Shown piece after piece: positions 1 to 11,255 of a stretch of 64,000 nucleotides of DNA (position 1 is its first letter; every line of letters begins with the position of its first letter). The position numbers and the translations under genes were made by a program. Source of the DNA: Rebecca billardiae RCC1528. Its lineage: Eukaryota; Protista; Haptophyta. Below the pieces are notes generated by a model. It ran no database searches. It was not told the origin of the DNA and was given only the letters and a program-made list of their open reading frames with translations. The stretch covers positions 2,356,001-2,420,000 of the forward strand of contig OZ251224.1 in NCBI GenBank assembly GCA_965240325.2. The letters are read 5' to 3'.

Positions 1-870
1 GTCGCTCGCTAAGCCCCACCCGCCCCGGCCAGCATGGCTGCCTGGCCGGCGGCGGCGTGCTCAAGCGAGCGTAGGCCGGGAATCCACGCGCTGGCGGTGC
101 GGTTTTGGCGGCGCAAGGCCTCGCAGGTCGCCTGCAGGTATGCTCAGAGCCTTAGGACAGCTTGGTGGCCCGCAACCCCAGGCTCCTTGTCGCTGCTTGC
201 CGACTGCTGAGACTGCAAGCGATCACGTGTCGACCGTGCAATCCCGCGTGCACGCGGCCCAACGTAGGGTGCTGCACATGCTAGCAGATGGTGAAGGGGG
301 GTCGCCCGCTACGCAGACGTCCTCGGAGAGGACGTCGACCCCCGTGCGTCGTCTCGATCCCGACCTCTCCAGCCCAGGCTTGCGTGCTTCCTAATGCAAT
401 GACATACGAACAACCATAGGCATTTCAAAATGTTATCTCGACTTTTGGGCTAGAACTTCACATTGTCCGTGTCTCTCTGGGCAGCAGGCCTTCAGCGACT
501 CCTTGCGGGACAACGCCCAATCAAGGCGACGCACGGGGGTCGACGTCCTCTCCGAGGACGTCTGCGTGGCGGGCGACCCCCCTTCACCATCTGCTGGCAT
601 GTGCAGCACCCTACGTTGGGCCGCGTGCAACGCGGGACCGCACGGTCGACGCGTGATCGCTTGCAGTCGGCAAGCAGCGACAAGGAGCCGGGGTTGCGGG
701 CCACCAAGCTGTCCTAAGGCTCTGAGCATACCTGCAGATGACCTGTGAGGCCCCCTGCGCCGCCAAAACCGCACCGCCAGCGCGTGGATTCCCGGCCTAC
801 GCTCGCTTGAACACGCCGCCGCCGGCCAGGCAGCCATGCTGGCCGGAGCGGGTGGGGCTTAGCGAGCGCC
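1..870. repeat. Long inverted repeat (arms ~1-358 and ~519-870, ~160-bp spacer), probably extending left of the window
   Basis: Reverse complement of 841-870 (ggcgctcgctaagccccacccgctccggcc) matches 1-30. Reverse complement of ~519-566 matches ~312-358. ORFs 140..394(+) and 433..837(-) share near-identical peptide stretches. Confidence 0.9.
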
Positions 871-1054
871 TTGGCGGCCGGAGGAGGCCAGGAGTCCGGG
901 AGCCAAGGCGGCTGGGTGCGTACCAGCCAGGCGAGCGCCCCCTCTCGCGCCCTTGGTCAATTGCCGAAAGCCCGACGAGTACAGGGGGGTCCAGATGGTG
1001 GGCCCCACTTTGGCGGTGGCTGGCCAGGTAGTGCGGCACGTCCGTGCCTCTGGA

Positions 1055-1586
1055 CGGGCATTGAGCGGTGGCGAGGTCGCCAAATGGCGTGGCGTGGTCC
1101 CAGACAAGGTTGTTACTAGTCCTGATCAGCTTGCTAGCCATGCCGGTCGTTGATCACCCTGCCGTTGACAGGCGCGCACACGCTAAACGTATTCGCACGG
1201 CAGCCGTGTCGGACGGCGGTCGCACGACTACCGCGCAGCCAACCTTGCTGGTCCGATCCACGGCTTGTAGGGTCAGATGGACCATTGCCAGGCATGCACC
1301 GTCGCAATGCATGCTCCAGAGGGCAGTATGACCGTCAGAACGGTGATCCTGGCCGCTACCTGCCCATCCTTCTCATGCGCAACCTCACCGGCGCGCCGGT
1401 CGTACGGGGTCGTGGACGTGGACGTGAGAGTGGTCGAAAAGTCGGAAGGGAAGCTGTCACTCACGCACACGCGCTCGTACGGCGACGCCGACCTGCCTAC
1501 GCCACGCCCCAGTGACCGGGCCGTGGCGCTGGGGCCTTAGATCGCGTTGGGACGGGCATTCACGCCCGCCATGGCTTCCCTTCCGA
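1055..1586 (+). repeat. Dispersed repeat copy 1 (probable TE relic), homologous to 13735-14288
   Basis: Colinear shared blocks: gaggtcgccaaat, gcttgctagccatgc, ggtgatcctggccgctac, gtgagagtggtcgaaaagtcgga, cctacgccacgccccagtgacc, cccgccatggcttcccttccga. Confidence 0.85.
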
Positions 1587-1728
1587 AGTGGGAAACTTCA
1601 TCTGGCCCCCCCTGTAATAACCACGTCCGCGGCGAGCGTCGGGCTGGGGGGCGTACGCAAGGGCGTACGCACGACCCCCTTGGGGGCGAACGACACAGGG
1701 CCACAGGTCCGTCCGTAGGTCGAGCACG

Positions 1729-4632
1729 ATGCGGCTCGTCTCCGTTCGCGCCGTGGTGTGCGCGTGCCTTCTCGCCGCGCTCGAGGTGCCCGCCAAGACG
1801 GTGAGCGACGAGCTCGCCTCCCACATGAAGAGCGTCGGCTCAACCGACTTCACGTCATGGTGTGCGCGCACCGCTCGAGCGCGTGTTGTTCGGGGCAGCT
1901 GACGCGCCGAGCGCGCGATGCGTTCGCAGCAAGCGGGGTCGGTGTGTATCTCCACTCCCTCGCATCGCTGCTCCCGCCCGCAGCTGCTCCAGGCACCGCG
2001 CGTGACCTGTCGTGGGCGCGCCCCTTGATGTGTGCGTGTCTGTCGCGCAGGCATAGCGTCTGGTCGAGCATCGAGGGCTCCATCCCGACGTGGATCGGCG
2101 ACGCGACGCAGCTGCGGAGCATCTTCGTCTGCTCCAACTATGAGACGATGACGGGCCCGCTGCCCTCGGAGATTGGCCGCCTCACGCGCCTGCAGTTTGT
2201 GAAGCTCATGACCACCGGACTCGAGAACGGGCCCGTGCCCGTGCGCGCGCGTGGAGCGCCGCGCACGTGCAGCTCGTGCCCGCGCGCGCGTTGCCGTGTA
2301 GCTCGTGTCCGTTTCGGGTTCGCCGACTCCCGCGCTCGCTCACCGCGCGTGCGCCCCGCCCCACGCGTTGTGCGGCACGCGCGCGCCTCAGACGGAGCTT
2401 GGCCTCCTCACCGGTGTGAGCTATCTCAACGTCCTTGGCAACTCTCTGAGCGGCGAGGTGCCGACGGAACTGGGTCGGCTGTCACTGCTGGAGGTGCTCA
2501 GGCTCGGCTATGGCAACCAGCTGCACGGCAAGATGCCCACCGAGCTCGGCGCGCTCGGCCCCACGCTGCGAATGCTCACCATGTACGGCCAAGACGTGGA
2601 CGGCACGGTGCCGACTGAGCTAGGGCTGATCACGCACGCGACCAAGATCGAGCTCGTCGGGACGCTGCTGTCAGGCACGCTGCCCGTGGAGGTGCTCGAG
2701 ATGCCCAACCTGGACGCCTGGTGCGCTGCGCGCCGCACGCGCGCGCGGCGCGCCGTGGCTCGGCCCAGAGGCGGCCGCCGGCCTGCCGTCGCCCGGGGCG
2801 CGCGCCCGCGCTCACGCGCCCGCGCCTGCCGCCCTCCGGTCTGCCCGCAGGGATGTGTCGTACACGCCAGTGCAGCTCCACTACTTGTGCGCAACAGCGC
2901 GCCCCCGCGTCGCGGCGCGCGGCGCGTGGCGCACGAGCTGACCCTCGCCCCGCACACGCGCCTCGGCCACCGCTGCGGCCTTACTCCCTTGGCTGGCTGC
3001 GCGGGCCGGCGGGACGCCGCGCTGCTCTTGCCCCCACGCCACTCGCCAGCAAGGGACAGCTGCCCACCGAGATCGGCACGACTTACCCGTGGCAGCTGTT
3101 CGACATGCGGAAGGACCCGGTCACGGGCACGCTGCCGACCGAGATCGGCCTCCTCAGCACCCTCACGAAAATCTCGCTGCACCAAGGCTACGACCATCTG
3201 CTGATGCGGCTCGACACCACACTGCCCACCGAGATTGGCCGGCTGACTGCGCTGGACCTCATGCAGATTGGGTCGAACAATGGGTACTCGACGTTCCGAG
3301 GCACGCTGCCGACGGAGATCGGCGCGTGCGCCAGTCTGCTCGACTTGTGCGCGCACGCCGCTCGGCGCGCACCGCCTGCCCCTCGCGCGCAGCATCACCC
3401 CGCCTGCCGTCGTGCTCATACTGATATGTGTGCTGCGCGTGCGTGGCTGATTCTCTGCTGCTCCCCACGGCTCCCCTCGGCCGCGCGGCCGCGTCCTTGA
3501 TGGATTGTCCCGCTGTGGCCTTCCCCTCGCAGCTCGGTAGAGGTAGTTGACATCTCGGGCTCGGTGCCAACCGAGCTCGCCAAGCTGGACCACCTGAGCT
3601 ATCTGTGCGGGCACCGTGCACCGCGCGCGCTCGCCCCGAATGTGTGCGCGCGCCGCTCGAGCCGCGCGCGACGGGTCGAACCGTGCGCCCCTGCCCTCGC
3701 GCAGTCGCCTGATCAAGTCCAACTTCGAAGGCACCATCCCAACTGAGCTCGGACTGCTGCGCTCGATGACGCGGCTCTTGTGCGCGCGTCTGCGCCCGCG
3801 CCCTGTCCCCCGCGCGCCGTGTGCGCGCGCGCGGGTGCGAGTGCGCGCAGCCGAGCACCGATGCCGTCCGGCGCCCGCTGCCGCGCGCACGCCCGGCCGG
3901 TTGCGTGCGGCGCGCGCTGCCACGCGCGCGCCCGGCCGGTTGCGTGCGGCGCGCGGCTTGGACGCATCAGTGACCTGCACGAGAACTCGCTCGTGGGCAC
4001 GGTGCCGAGTGAGCTGGCGCTGCTGGATCGCAACGACTTCCCCGATTATACGGACCTCGACCGCGTCGTCCTGTGGGGCAACTCGCTCACCGGCAAGCTG
4101 CCCCTGGCGGCATTCGAGCACGACAACTGGAAGGACTTCTTGTGCGGCGCACGCGCCGACGACGCGCGAGCGCGCGGACGCGCCGCGTTCGGGGCGAGGG
4201 CGGGAGGGCGGCTGCGCGCGCGCCCCGTGCGCGGCCAGTCCCTGCGGCCGCGCAATCACCTGTGCACACGCCCGGTGCGCCCTGCCATTCCGCGTGCGCT
4301 GCGCCCTGCCCAGCCTCGTGTGCGGCTCGTGGGAGTATCGCGGCTGCTCCAACCAGGTGGATCTCCCGCCGGCAGGTTGGAAGCCCCCGCGCCGTGCGCG
4401 GGGCGAGCCGGGGGCCCGTGCGCAGCTGCACGAGGCTGCGCCAAGCACCGGCCAGCCGAGCTCGGGCGCCGTGGCGTCTAGCGTTGCGCTTGCCGTCGGC
4501 TCCCTCGCGCTGATCCTGCTGGCTGCGGGTGCGGCACTCCGCCGCGTGCGCGTGACAGCGACCACGCGCGTGCTGGCAGGCCACGAGGCGGGCGGCGGGC
4601 TGGTGTCAGAGGCCGGCATGCCGATGATGTGA
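1729..4632 (+). CDS. Multi-exon leucine-rich-repeat receptor-like protein (signal peptide, plant-type LRRs, single TM, short tail)
   Basis: ATG 1729 gives MRLVSVRAVVCACLLAALE (signal-like). Exons carry repeated LxxLxLxxNxLxGxxPTELG motifs (e.g. NSLSGEVPTELGRLSLLEVLRL, NFEGTIPTELGLL) separated by GT...CAG introns. Hydrophobic AVASSVALAVGSLALILLAAGAAL followed by RR lies before the stop at 4632. Not all exon borders resolved. Confidence 0.85.
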
Positions 4633-6719
4633 ATAATGAATAATTGTGATGCGCGACGCGGGTCACTCGGACCGAGTTGGCCTAGTGCTGCAGCCCGACG
4701 ACGGCGGCGCGCGTGCCGCCAAGCTGTGCGGCCGGATGCGAGCGAGTCAGACTGCGAGGCGGGGCGGAGAATTCTGAGATGGTCCGAGATAGGCTATATG
4801 CTCATCGCAGCGACTATGCGCTGTAATGCCTCAGCCTCGGTCTGGCAAGACTGTGTAGTGACACATTCACACGACACTGCCACCTCCTCGCGCGTCACAG
4901 TTCCGTTGGTCAAGAGGCAGAGCGCACATCTGACATCATGATTAGCTACTCAGGGCGCGGCGCGTGTACCGCTATAACTGCTAGCTACTCCGAGGCGACG
5001 GCGTCAGGCGTGATGCACAGCGCGCGCCTCGCGCGCGCTTACTTATATATACTTACCTCGTCGTCGAGGGGCTCGAGGGCGCCCCGTCGCGGCTCGCCCT
5101 CGGTCGGTTCATTCACGGTTGGGATCGCAGCGCACTCACTCGTCATATCGGATCGTCCGGTCCGAGACACTAGCTATAACTACGCGTGCACATGATCATC
5201 TGATTAGCATCTGAAGCTACTGTCCTGGACGCGCTGAATTCAGAGTGTCCACACAGAGCGCGTTCAGCTCTGCTTGCATGTGAATCTCAGATAGAATAAA
5301 TGATCGGCTACGCCGATCTTCGGGTAGTAAACAACGAAGTTGAGGGCGCACGGCCCTAGCTAGTTCCGCGCGTGGCTGCGTGCGCCAGCTGCGCGCACCC
5401 GCTGGCCGCTGCGCCCGCGTTGAGCCCATGCGAGCGCCGCGCCTGCGAGCACACGCGGCGGCTCGACACAGCCGCACGGCAGTGTCGCTCGTGCGCCTCA
5501 CCGGCCTGCCCGTGATCAGTCTCAGCTCTGAGGCGCGCGCTCAGGAGGGCTGCGGCCGGGCCGAGCGCGATATGCGCAGACGGTACAGCCCGTGGTGGCT
5601 CATGGGCAGCCCGAGCCCAAAGCCCGCCTCCGCCATCCGCGTCACAGCCGGCCGCTCCAGCCGAGGTCTCGCGTGCTGCGCTGCAGCCGTGCTCGGCCGA
5701 ACCGGACGCCCGCCGAGCCGAAGCCGGGCACGCGGCTGATGAGCAGTGGTAGCCAGGCGAAGCCGTCGTCGCGGGCGAAGCTGCGCTGGGTGATGCGGCT
5801 GAGCAGTCGGGTTTCCGCGCACCGCGCGCGTGGCCGTGATGGGTCGGCACAGCCCAGTCAAAGACACGGCATCGTATCGCCCTCTGGCCGCCAGCAGCAT
5901 CACCTCTGCCGTCTGCGAGCGACTCGTAGTTGCAGCAGCAGCCGCCAAGAGCTTGCACAAATAAACTGCGCAACGGGCGCGCCGACGCGCGTGGACGCGG
6001 GTCGGCACCGGGGCGGGGCGCGAGGGGGGAAAGAGGCACGAATGCGATGCCGACGGCCGCTGGGACCCACCGCAGCCGCGCGCACCTGCGCTGAGTCTGT
6101 CGGATTGAACGATCGTGCGGCGGCGGCCTACATGGGCAGGCAGTGGACACCTACCTCCCACGCTGCGCCTTCGGAGCCGCTGCTGCCCGCCCGCGCGCCG
6201 GCACGAGCCGCGAGGCCGTACCATGGTATTAATCATGAAGGGAGATATTATGAAGATTTGTCCGCTCAAGTTTATCGTTCATATTCGTCAAGCTCTCCCG
6301 GACTGCGCCGGTATTAAATGGGAGAGAATCAAGGGTCGTGCGTGAAGCGGTAGAAATTCTTATGCTCATGATATTTTCAGGCCCGTCAATGCGGGTGGCA
6401 ATCCATTCTTGCAATAGCTTGATAACCGTATGATACCAGGGCGCGCGGGAACGTCGATTCAAGCTACCCGCGCAATACCATCTCGCGTCGCTTTGATGAA
6501 TCTGAGGAGTGAACAGCTATCCAGAGAATTGGTTCGATATCTCACCTTCTTTATGGTCAGTTCAACACACGAATCTTGACTATCAGAAAGGTAGCTAGAT
6601 GTCTTTGTCCTATTTGATTTCGATTTCTTCTATTACTTACTATCCAAGGATTAAGGAGCAGTACAAACGCAATCATGAGCAGCGATATGGACTCAAATGC
6701 TGCGGTTTCACCTAAATCT

Positions 6720-7845
6720 ACCTACAAAAATCCCCCAAATCCTGCGCGCATCCTCTTTTTTGATTTTGCGGAGCACGTGCGCCGCCCCCCCCGGCTTTCG
6801 CTCACGCTCAGACCTTTCGGGGGGGGCGTGCGCCATAAGCAGAATCCGATTGCCACAGACTACAGTATAGCTTTGAACCAATACTACACTGAAACACTAT
6901 CAGCAGGTGAATATCAATGTCAGAAAGGTCCGCCAGATTTTTCGTTTCTATTTGACATTGAATTTCTCTAGTGGTGGTAACCATCATGTTAAAAAGAAGG
7001 ATTAATACGGGGAGGAGAATTGGATGATGGTAATACCGCAATCAAATCTAATCACTGAGCGGAGTGCTATACACTATACAGTCAAGGCTCAAGCGTTCCC
7101 TGCACGCCGCAGCAGCGCCAGCCGCCGCCAGCAAGCCAGCTGAGCAGAGCTGCAAGCACGCACGCGGCCGCGCAGGCCCGCGCAGGGCACACGGGGACGA
7201 CTACAATCTACTCACCGCCGGACCGACCGCCAGGGCCCAGCGGCTGAGACGGCCGTCTGCCATCCGGACCTGCACCCTCGCCCTCGCTCGGGGCACGCTG
7301 CACAGCAGCAGCAGGTCCGCATGCGAGCCGCGCAGCGCATAGCGGAAGGAGTGGACCGCGCTGCAGCAGCTCAAGGCCGCGCTCAACCCTCAAGCCATTC
7401 GATCGCGGTGCAGGCTATGCTCTCAGCTCTCGGCCACTGTCAACGCCGACTTGTTTGTCGACTCTATACGTAATACGCTCGCGAATCGGGCACTGCCGCC
7501 GACGAATCGCAGGAGACCTGCGCGCCGTCATATACCCATATAGGGTACGTGTCGTCGTTATAGATCATAGCAGAATGAGATGACAGAATGTGCAGTCGTC
7601 GTCAAATATGCGCCGCGCCGAGCCGTTTTCACATCACGACCTATATATATATATAAGAAATCCATCATCACCGCAGCCTACACAAAGCCCGCCCGCATCA
7701 TTAATAATAATATATTTTTATTAATAACAAAAGCATGCGCGCAGCAGCATTGTTTGTTTAAATATGGATTTGATGCGGTGTACGTGCGCCGCCCCCCCCC
7801 CGGCTTTCGCTCGTGCTGTAGCGCTCAGCCGGGGGGGGGGAGGTC
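6720..7845 (+). repeat. Two degenerate direct repeats (~6720-6830 and ~7677-7845), each ending in a C-run/G-run hairpin
   Basis: Shared core acgtgcgccgccccccc(c)cggctttcgctc...ggggggg at ~6775 and ~7782, with similar upstream cctaca.aaa...cgcatc. Confidence 0.6.
7085..7480 (+). mobile_element. Degenerate hAT-like transposase fragment
   Basis: Peptide order KRSLHAAA...LLTAGPT...RLRR..AIR...KEWTALQQLKAAL then, after a small duplication and frameshifts, KPFDR..VQAMLS. This resembles the hAT RNase-H/insertion region pattern (FxxS, L..pTRW, EW..L..l...LxPF...t..LS). Contains a stop and frameshifts. Confidence 0.5.
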
Positions 7846-7855
7846 ATACTCATCG

Positions 7856-10800
7856 TCAGTCGTCGTCATCGGCGCCGTACACTCCGTCACTGGATCCACG
7901 TGCCAGCAACGCCTCCGTGGCACGCTCGACAGCGGCGCGATCCCGGGGGTTCAGCCGATCCGTTTTGACAGCGTACTTCATCTCGTCGTCTTCGGCCGGG
8001 CCGTCGAATTCGCGCAGCTCGCAGTGCTCCGCGCCCAGGACCATCCTCCACGTCTGAGGCAGCAGAGCCTCGAAAACTCGCGTCAGCGCTCTGTATGTGT
8101 GCGGGGGCGACAGCTCGCCGCCCTTCCGGCTGTCCTCCAGCTGCCACGGGGCGCCCGGCAGCCCGAGCTCCGCCATGTCCTTCACCTGCGACGTGTACGC
8201 CCAGACGCTGATCTGCTCCTTGAGCGCGTAGATGCCTTGCGCGTGCTCGACGGCCACCGTGTCGACGGCCTTCCACACGCGCAGCACGTTCTCCAACGCC
8301 CACGTCTTGCGCAGCCAGCTCGGCACCAGCCCGTCCTCCGGCAGCCCCATCTCGAGGCCCCGCTTGAGGTGCCGCATGAACGCGCCGCGGCGGCGGTTAG
8401 GCGCGCTGGAGGTGGTCCAGGTGGGCTGCGTGCCGCCATCGTCGCCGTAGTGCGTCACGTCGAAGGTGATCAGCTTGTCGCCGAGCGGGTTGTGGATCGC
8501 TTCGATCGCGCCCGTGTGCAGCGCGATCAGTAGCACCGTCACCCGATCGAGGGCGTGCGGGTAGTAGCTCGTCCTCATGTGGAGGAGGCTGCTCTTGCCC
8601 GAAGTGTCGAGGTCCATCAGGTCGCCCAGCAGGTCCAGGTGCGTCCACGGAGCGAGGTCGCCGTCGCGATCGGTGTCCGCGTCCTTGTGCAGCTCCGGGC
8701 AGCCGGCGAGCAGCAGCGAGAGGTCCCAGCGCGCGCGGTCAGAGCGCGAGAGCACCCCCCGCTCGGCCTCGTCCAGCAGCAGCCTCACCGCGGTCGCGCC
8801 GATGTGCGCGGGCGGACACTCCCTCCTCGGCACGTGCACGCGCGGCCCGCCGCACAGCGGGAACGGGTTGAAGCTGCTCGCCGCCTTGACAAGGAAGCGC
8901 TGCCCGACGAGGTAGCGCGCGAGGTGCACGCCGAGCACGCGCGCCCAGGTCGTGCCCTTGGTGAAGACCGAGGCCATGTACCAGACGAGGCTGAGCATCT
9001 CCCCCTCGCTCATCCGGCCGCGCAGCTTGGCGGCTAGCGCGCCGCCGCCGTCGGGCTGCAGCGGGCCAACTGTCAGCCTGTACCCGCCCGTCTCATAAGG
9101 ATCCTCGACCGACACCAGCCGTACGCCGCGCTTCTCGGCGGCCGTGCGCAGCCGCGACTGGCGCTCGGCGATCTCGACCGTGTCGAGCTCGCGCAGGCTC
9201 TCCGCGGGCACGTCCTTGCCGTGGACCGCTACCCACAGCTTGTGGGCCGCCTCCAGATCGGCCGGCCTGCCGAGCGCCAGCCGCGCGTGCGGGTCGCCGA
9301 GTCGGTGCGCCGCTGCGTATAGCAGCTCGGACACGGTGGCGAGCTCACTGCCCAGCTCTGTGCGCACGTCGGGGTCGCTCATCGCCACCTCGAACTCGAG
9401 GCCGAGCCGGAACGGGCTGAAGCCGCGCCGGCCCCAGCCGATCAGCCTCCGCGACCTCACCAAGTCGAACATGCCGGACGTGCGCAGCGCGAGCAAGTCC
9501 GGGTGCTGGTCGTCGATGGCGGGGAGCTCGGCGGCGGCGTCGGCGGCGTCGGCGTCAGCGTCGGCGTCGTCGGCGTCGGCGACGCGGAGGTTGAACAGCT
9601 TGATGATGCGCTTGGCGGCCGCGTCACTCTCGGGTCGACTGGCGATCGGGCGCAGGTTGTCCACGACGGCGCGGATTGGCTGTGCGCCGTCGTCGACGCC
9701 ATCGTCGCCGCCATCGTCGCCGCCATAGTAGCTACGGCTGCCGCCGCGGCGGCCGCCACCGCGACCGCCGCCATGATCGCCGCCGTCGAGCTCGCCTGAC
9801 GAGAGGAGGGTCAGCACGACCACCGCGAGCACGACCACCGCTATCGGCCCGCACACGACAGCCAGCTTGCGGTCTTCGCGCCGGTTCGCGCCACCGCGGC
9901 CCCGCGCCCTGCGGCCACCGCCGCGCGCACCGCCGCGCTCGCCGCCGCGCTCGCCGCCGCGAGGGGCGAGCAGAGCACCGGCGCGCGCGCACGCGTCGCG
10001 CACTGCGCCTCGCAGTGGCGCGAGCCGGCGCGCGGCGGCGATGCGCTGGCGGCAAAGCGCCGCCGCCATCGCCGCCGCCCAGCGCACCGCTGCCGCGCGC
10101 ACCTCCAGCAGCCACCGCCGAGCAGTGTCGCACGCGTGCGCCACGCTCGCCCCAATGAGCGCCCCGAGCGCGCGCACCGGCGCCATGCAGCCGGCGAGCG
10201 TCGCGCAGAGCAGCAGCATGAGGCGGGACCGCTGCACCTCCGCGACGAGAGCCGGGCGGTTGGCCCCGGCCGCGTCATCGAGGCCGGCCTCAGACCCCGC
10301 GTCCGAGCCCGCGTCCGAGCCCGCGCCGGAGGCGGCCGCGGCCGGCGCGGCCATCGTGCCGGTCAGCTCCGCGCCCACGCCGGCCGCAGCTCTCGCCTGC
10401 GCCGCATCGGCGATGAGCGCGCCGGTGGCGAGCAGCTCGCACTCGCGCCGGTGTGCCTCCTTCCAGTGCACGCGGAAGCACGCCTCCGAGCAGTAGCGCG
10501 CGATCCTGCAGCGCCCGTTGCACCGGAAGCGCCCACGCGCATCGCAGCCGATGCTTGCGCACCGGCGCGTGTGCCGATACTCGCACGAGCGGATGTGCGC
10601 CGCGAGCTCGTCGAGCGCGACGACCGCCGGGCAGCCGTCCCCGGCGAAGTCGCAGGTGATGCGCTGCCGGCCGATCAGCTCGCGCAGGATCCGGCTGCTT
10701 TGCACGAGCTCATTCGGAGCGATGGGCTGCCGGCACGTCGGGCAGCCCGCCTCGGGGTGCGCCGTGATCCACTGCGTGATGCAGTCGCAGCAGTAGGCGT

Positions 10801-10909
10801 GCTCGCACTCGGGGCGCTGGCGCGGATCGCGCAGCACGTCCGAGCAGTACGGACAGAGCGTCAGCTCCTCGGGGGGCTCCGCGAAGCGCGTCGTCGCATA
10901 ACCCACCAT
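7856..10909 (-). CDS. RING (C3HC4) + TRAF/Sina-type Zn finger + MYND finger + TM + unknown C-terminal domain; putative E3 ubiquitin ligase
   Basis: MVGYATTRF..CPYCSDVLRDP..CEHAYCCDCITQW..CPTCR and ITCDFAGDGCPAVVALDELAAHIRSCEY resemble the RNF41/NRDP1 N-terminus. MYND-like CASIGC..RCNGRCRIARYCSEACFRVHWKEAHRREC. TM LAVVCGPIAVVVLAVVVLTLL. Continuous ORF; start taken at ATG 10909. Confidence 0.85.
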   Translation of the reverse strand: MVGYATTRFAEPPEELTLCPYCSDVLRDPRQRPECEHAYCCDCITQWITAHPEAGCPTCRQPIAPNELVQSSRILRELIGRQRITCDFAGDGCPAVVALDELAAHIRSCEYRHTRRCASIGCDARGRFRCNGRCRIARYCSEACFRVHWKEAHRRECELLATGALIADAAQARAAAGVGAELTGTMAAPAAAASGAGSDAGSDAGSEAGLDDAAGANRPALVAEVQRSRLMLLLCATLAGCMAPVRALGALIGASVAHACDTARRWLLEVRAAAVRWAAAMAAALCRQRIAAARRLAPLRGAVRDACARAGALLAPRGGERGGERGGARGGGRRARGRGGANRREDRKLAVVCGPIAVVVLAVVVLTLLSSGELDGGDHGGGRGGGRRGGSRSYYGGDDGGDDGVDDGAQPIRAVVDNLRPIASRPESDAAAKRIIKLFNLRVADADDADADADAADAAAELPAIDDQHPDLLALRTSGMFDLVRSRRLIGWGRRGFSPFRLGLEFEVAMSDPDVRTELGSELATVSELLYAAAHRLGDPHARLALGRPADLEAAHKLWVAVHGKDVPAESLRELDTVEIAERQSRLRTAAEKRGVRLVSVEDPYETGGYRLTVGPLQPDGGGALAAKLRGRMSEGEMLSLVWYMASVFTKGTTWARVLGVHLARYLVGQRFLVKAASSFNPFPLCGGPRVHVPRRECPPAHIGATAVRLLLDEAERGVLSRSDRARWDLSLLLAGCPELHKDADTDRDGDLAPWTHLDLLGDLMDLDTSGKSSLLHMRTSYYPHALDRVTVLLIALHTGAIEAIHNPLGDKLITFDVTHYGDDGGTQPTWTTSSAPNRRRGAFMRHLKRGLEMGLPEDGLVPSWLRKTWALENVLRVWKAVDTVAVEHAQGIYALKEQISVWAYTSQVKDMAELGLPGAPWQLEDSRKGGELSPPHTYRALTRVFEALLPQTWRMVLGAEHCELREFDGPAEDDEMKYAVKTDRLNPRDRAAVERATEALLARGSSDGVYGADDDD

Positions 10910-11255
10910 TGGCTCGCGCCCGAGCGTCGTGGCTCCGCAGCGGGGGGCGAAAAACCAAAACAAAATGCTGATGGTGCATGTGCATGCGTTCCGGACCCAA
11001 GTCCAGACGTCCCCGGACCTTGCGACATACAATAATGCGTCTGCCAGTCTCCTCCGACGCACTCTGTCTCTGCGTCTGCGGACAGCGCGGTGGCCCAAGA
11101 CTCAGGTGCAATGTTGACGCTGTGCCGCGGCACAGCCGGCACGCCGTCGCGCCCACGCCCGCGGTCCCAGGTCGCGCGACACGCGCGCCCACCGCGGCGG
11201 CGCTGCCCGCGCTCACTATTCATTATTCAAGACATACATTATAAGTGATGAGACA

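Noticed and set aside
5217-6350. Intact gene at 5.2-6.3 kb
   Set aside because: Splice-like signals exist, but I found no convincing frame or domain. Possibly a decayed gene.
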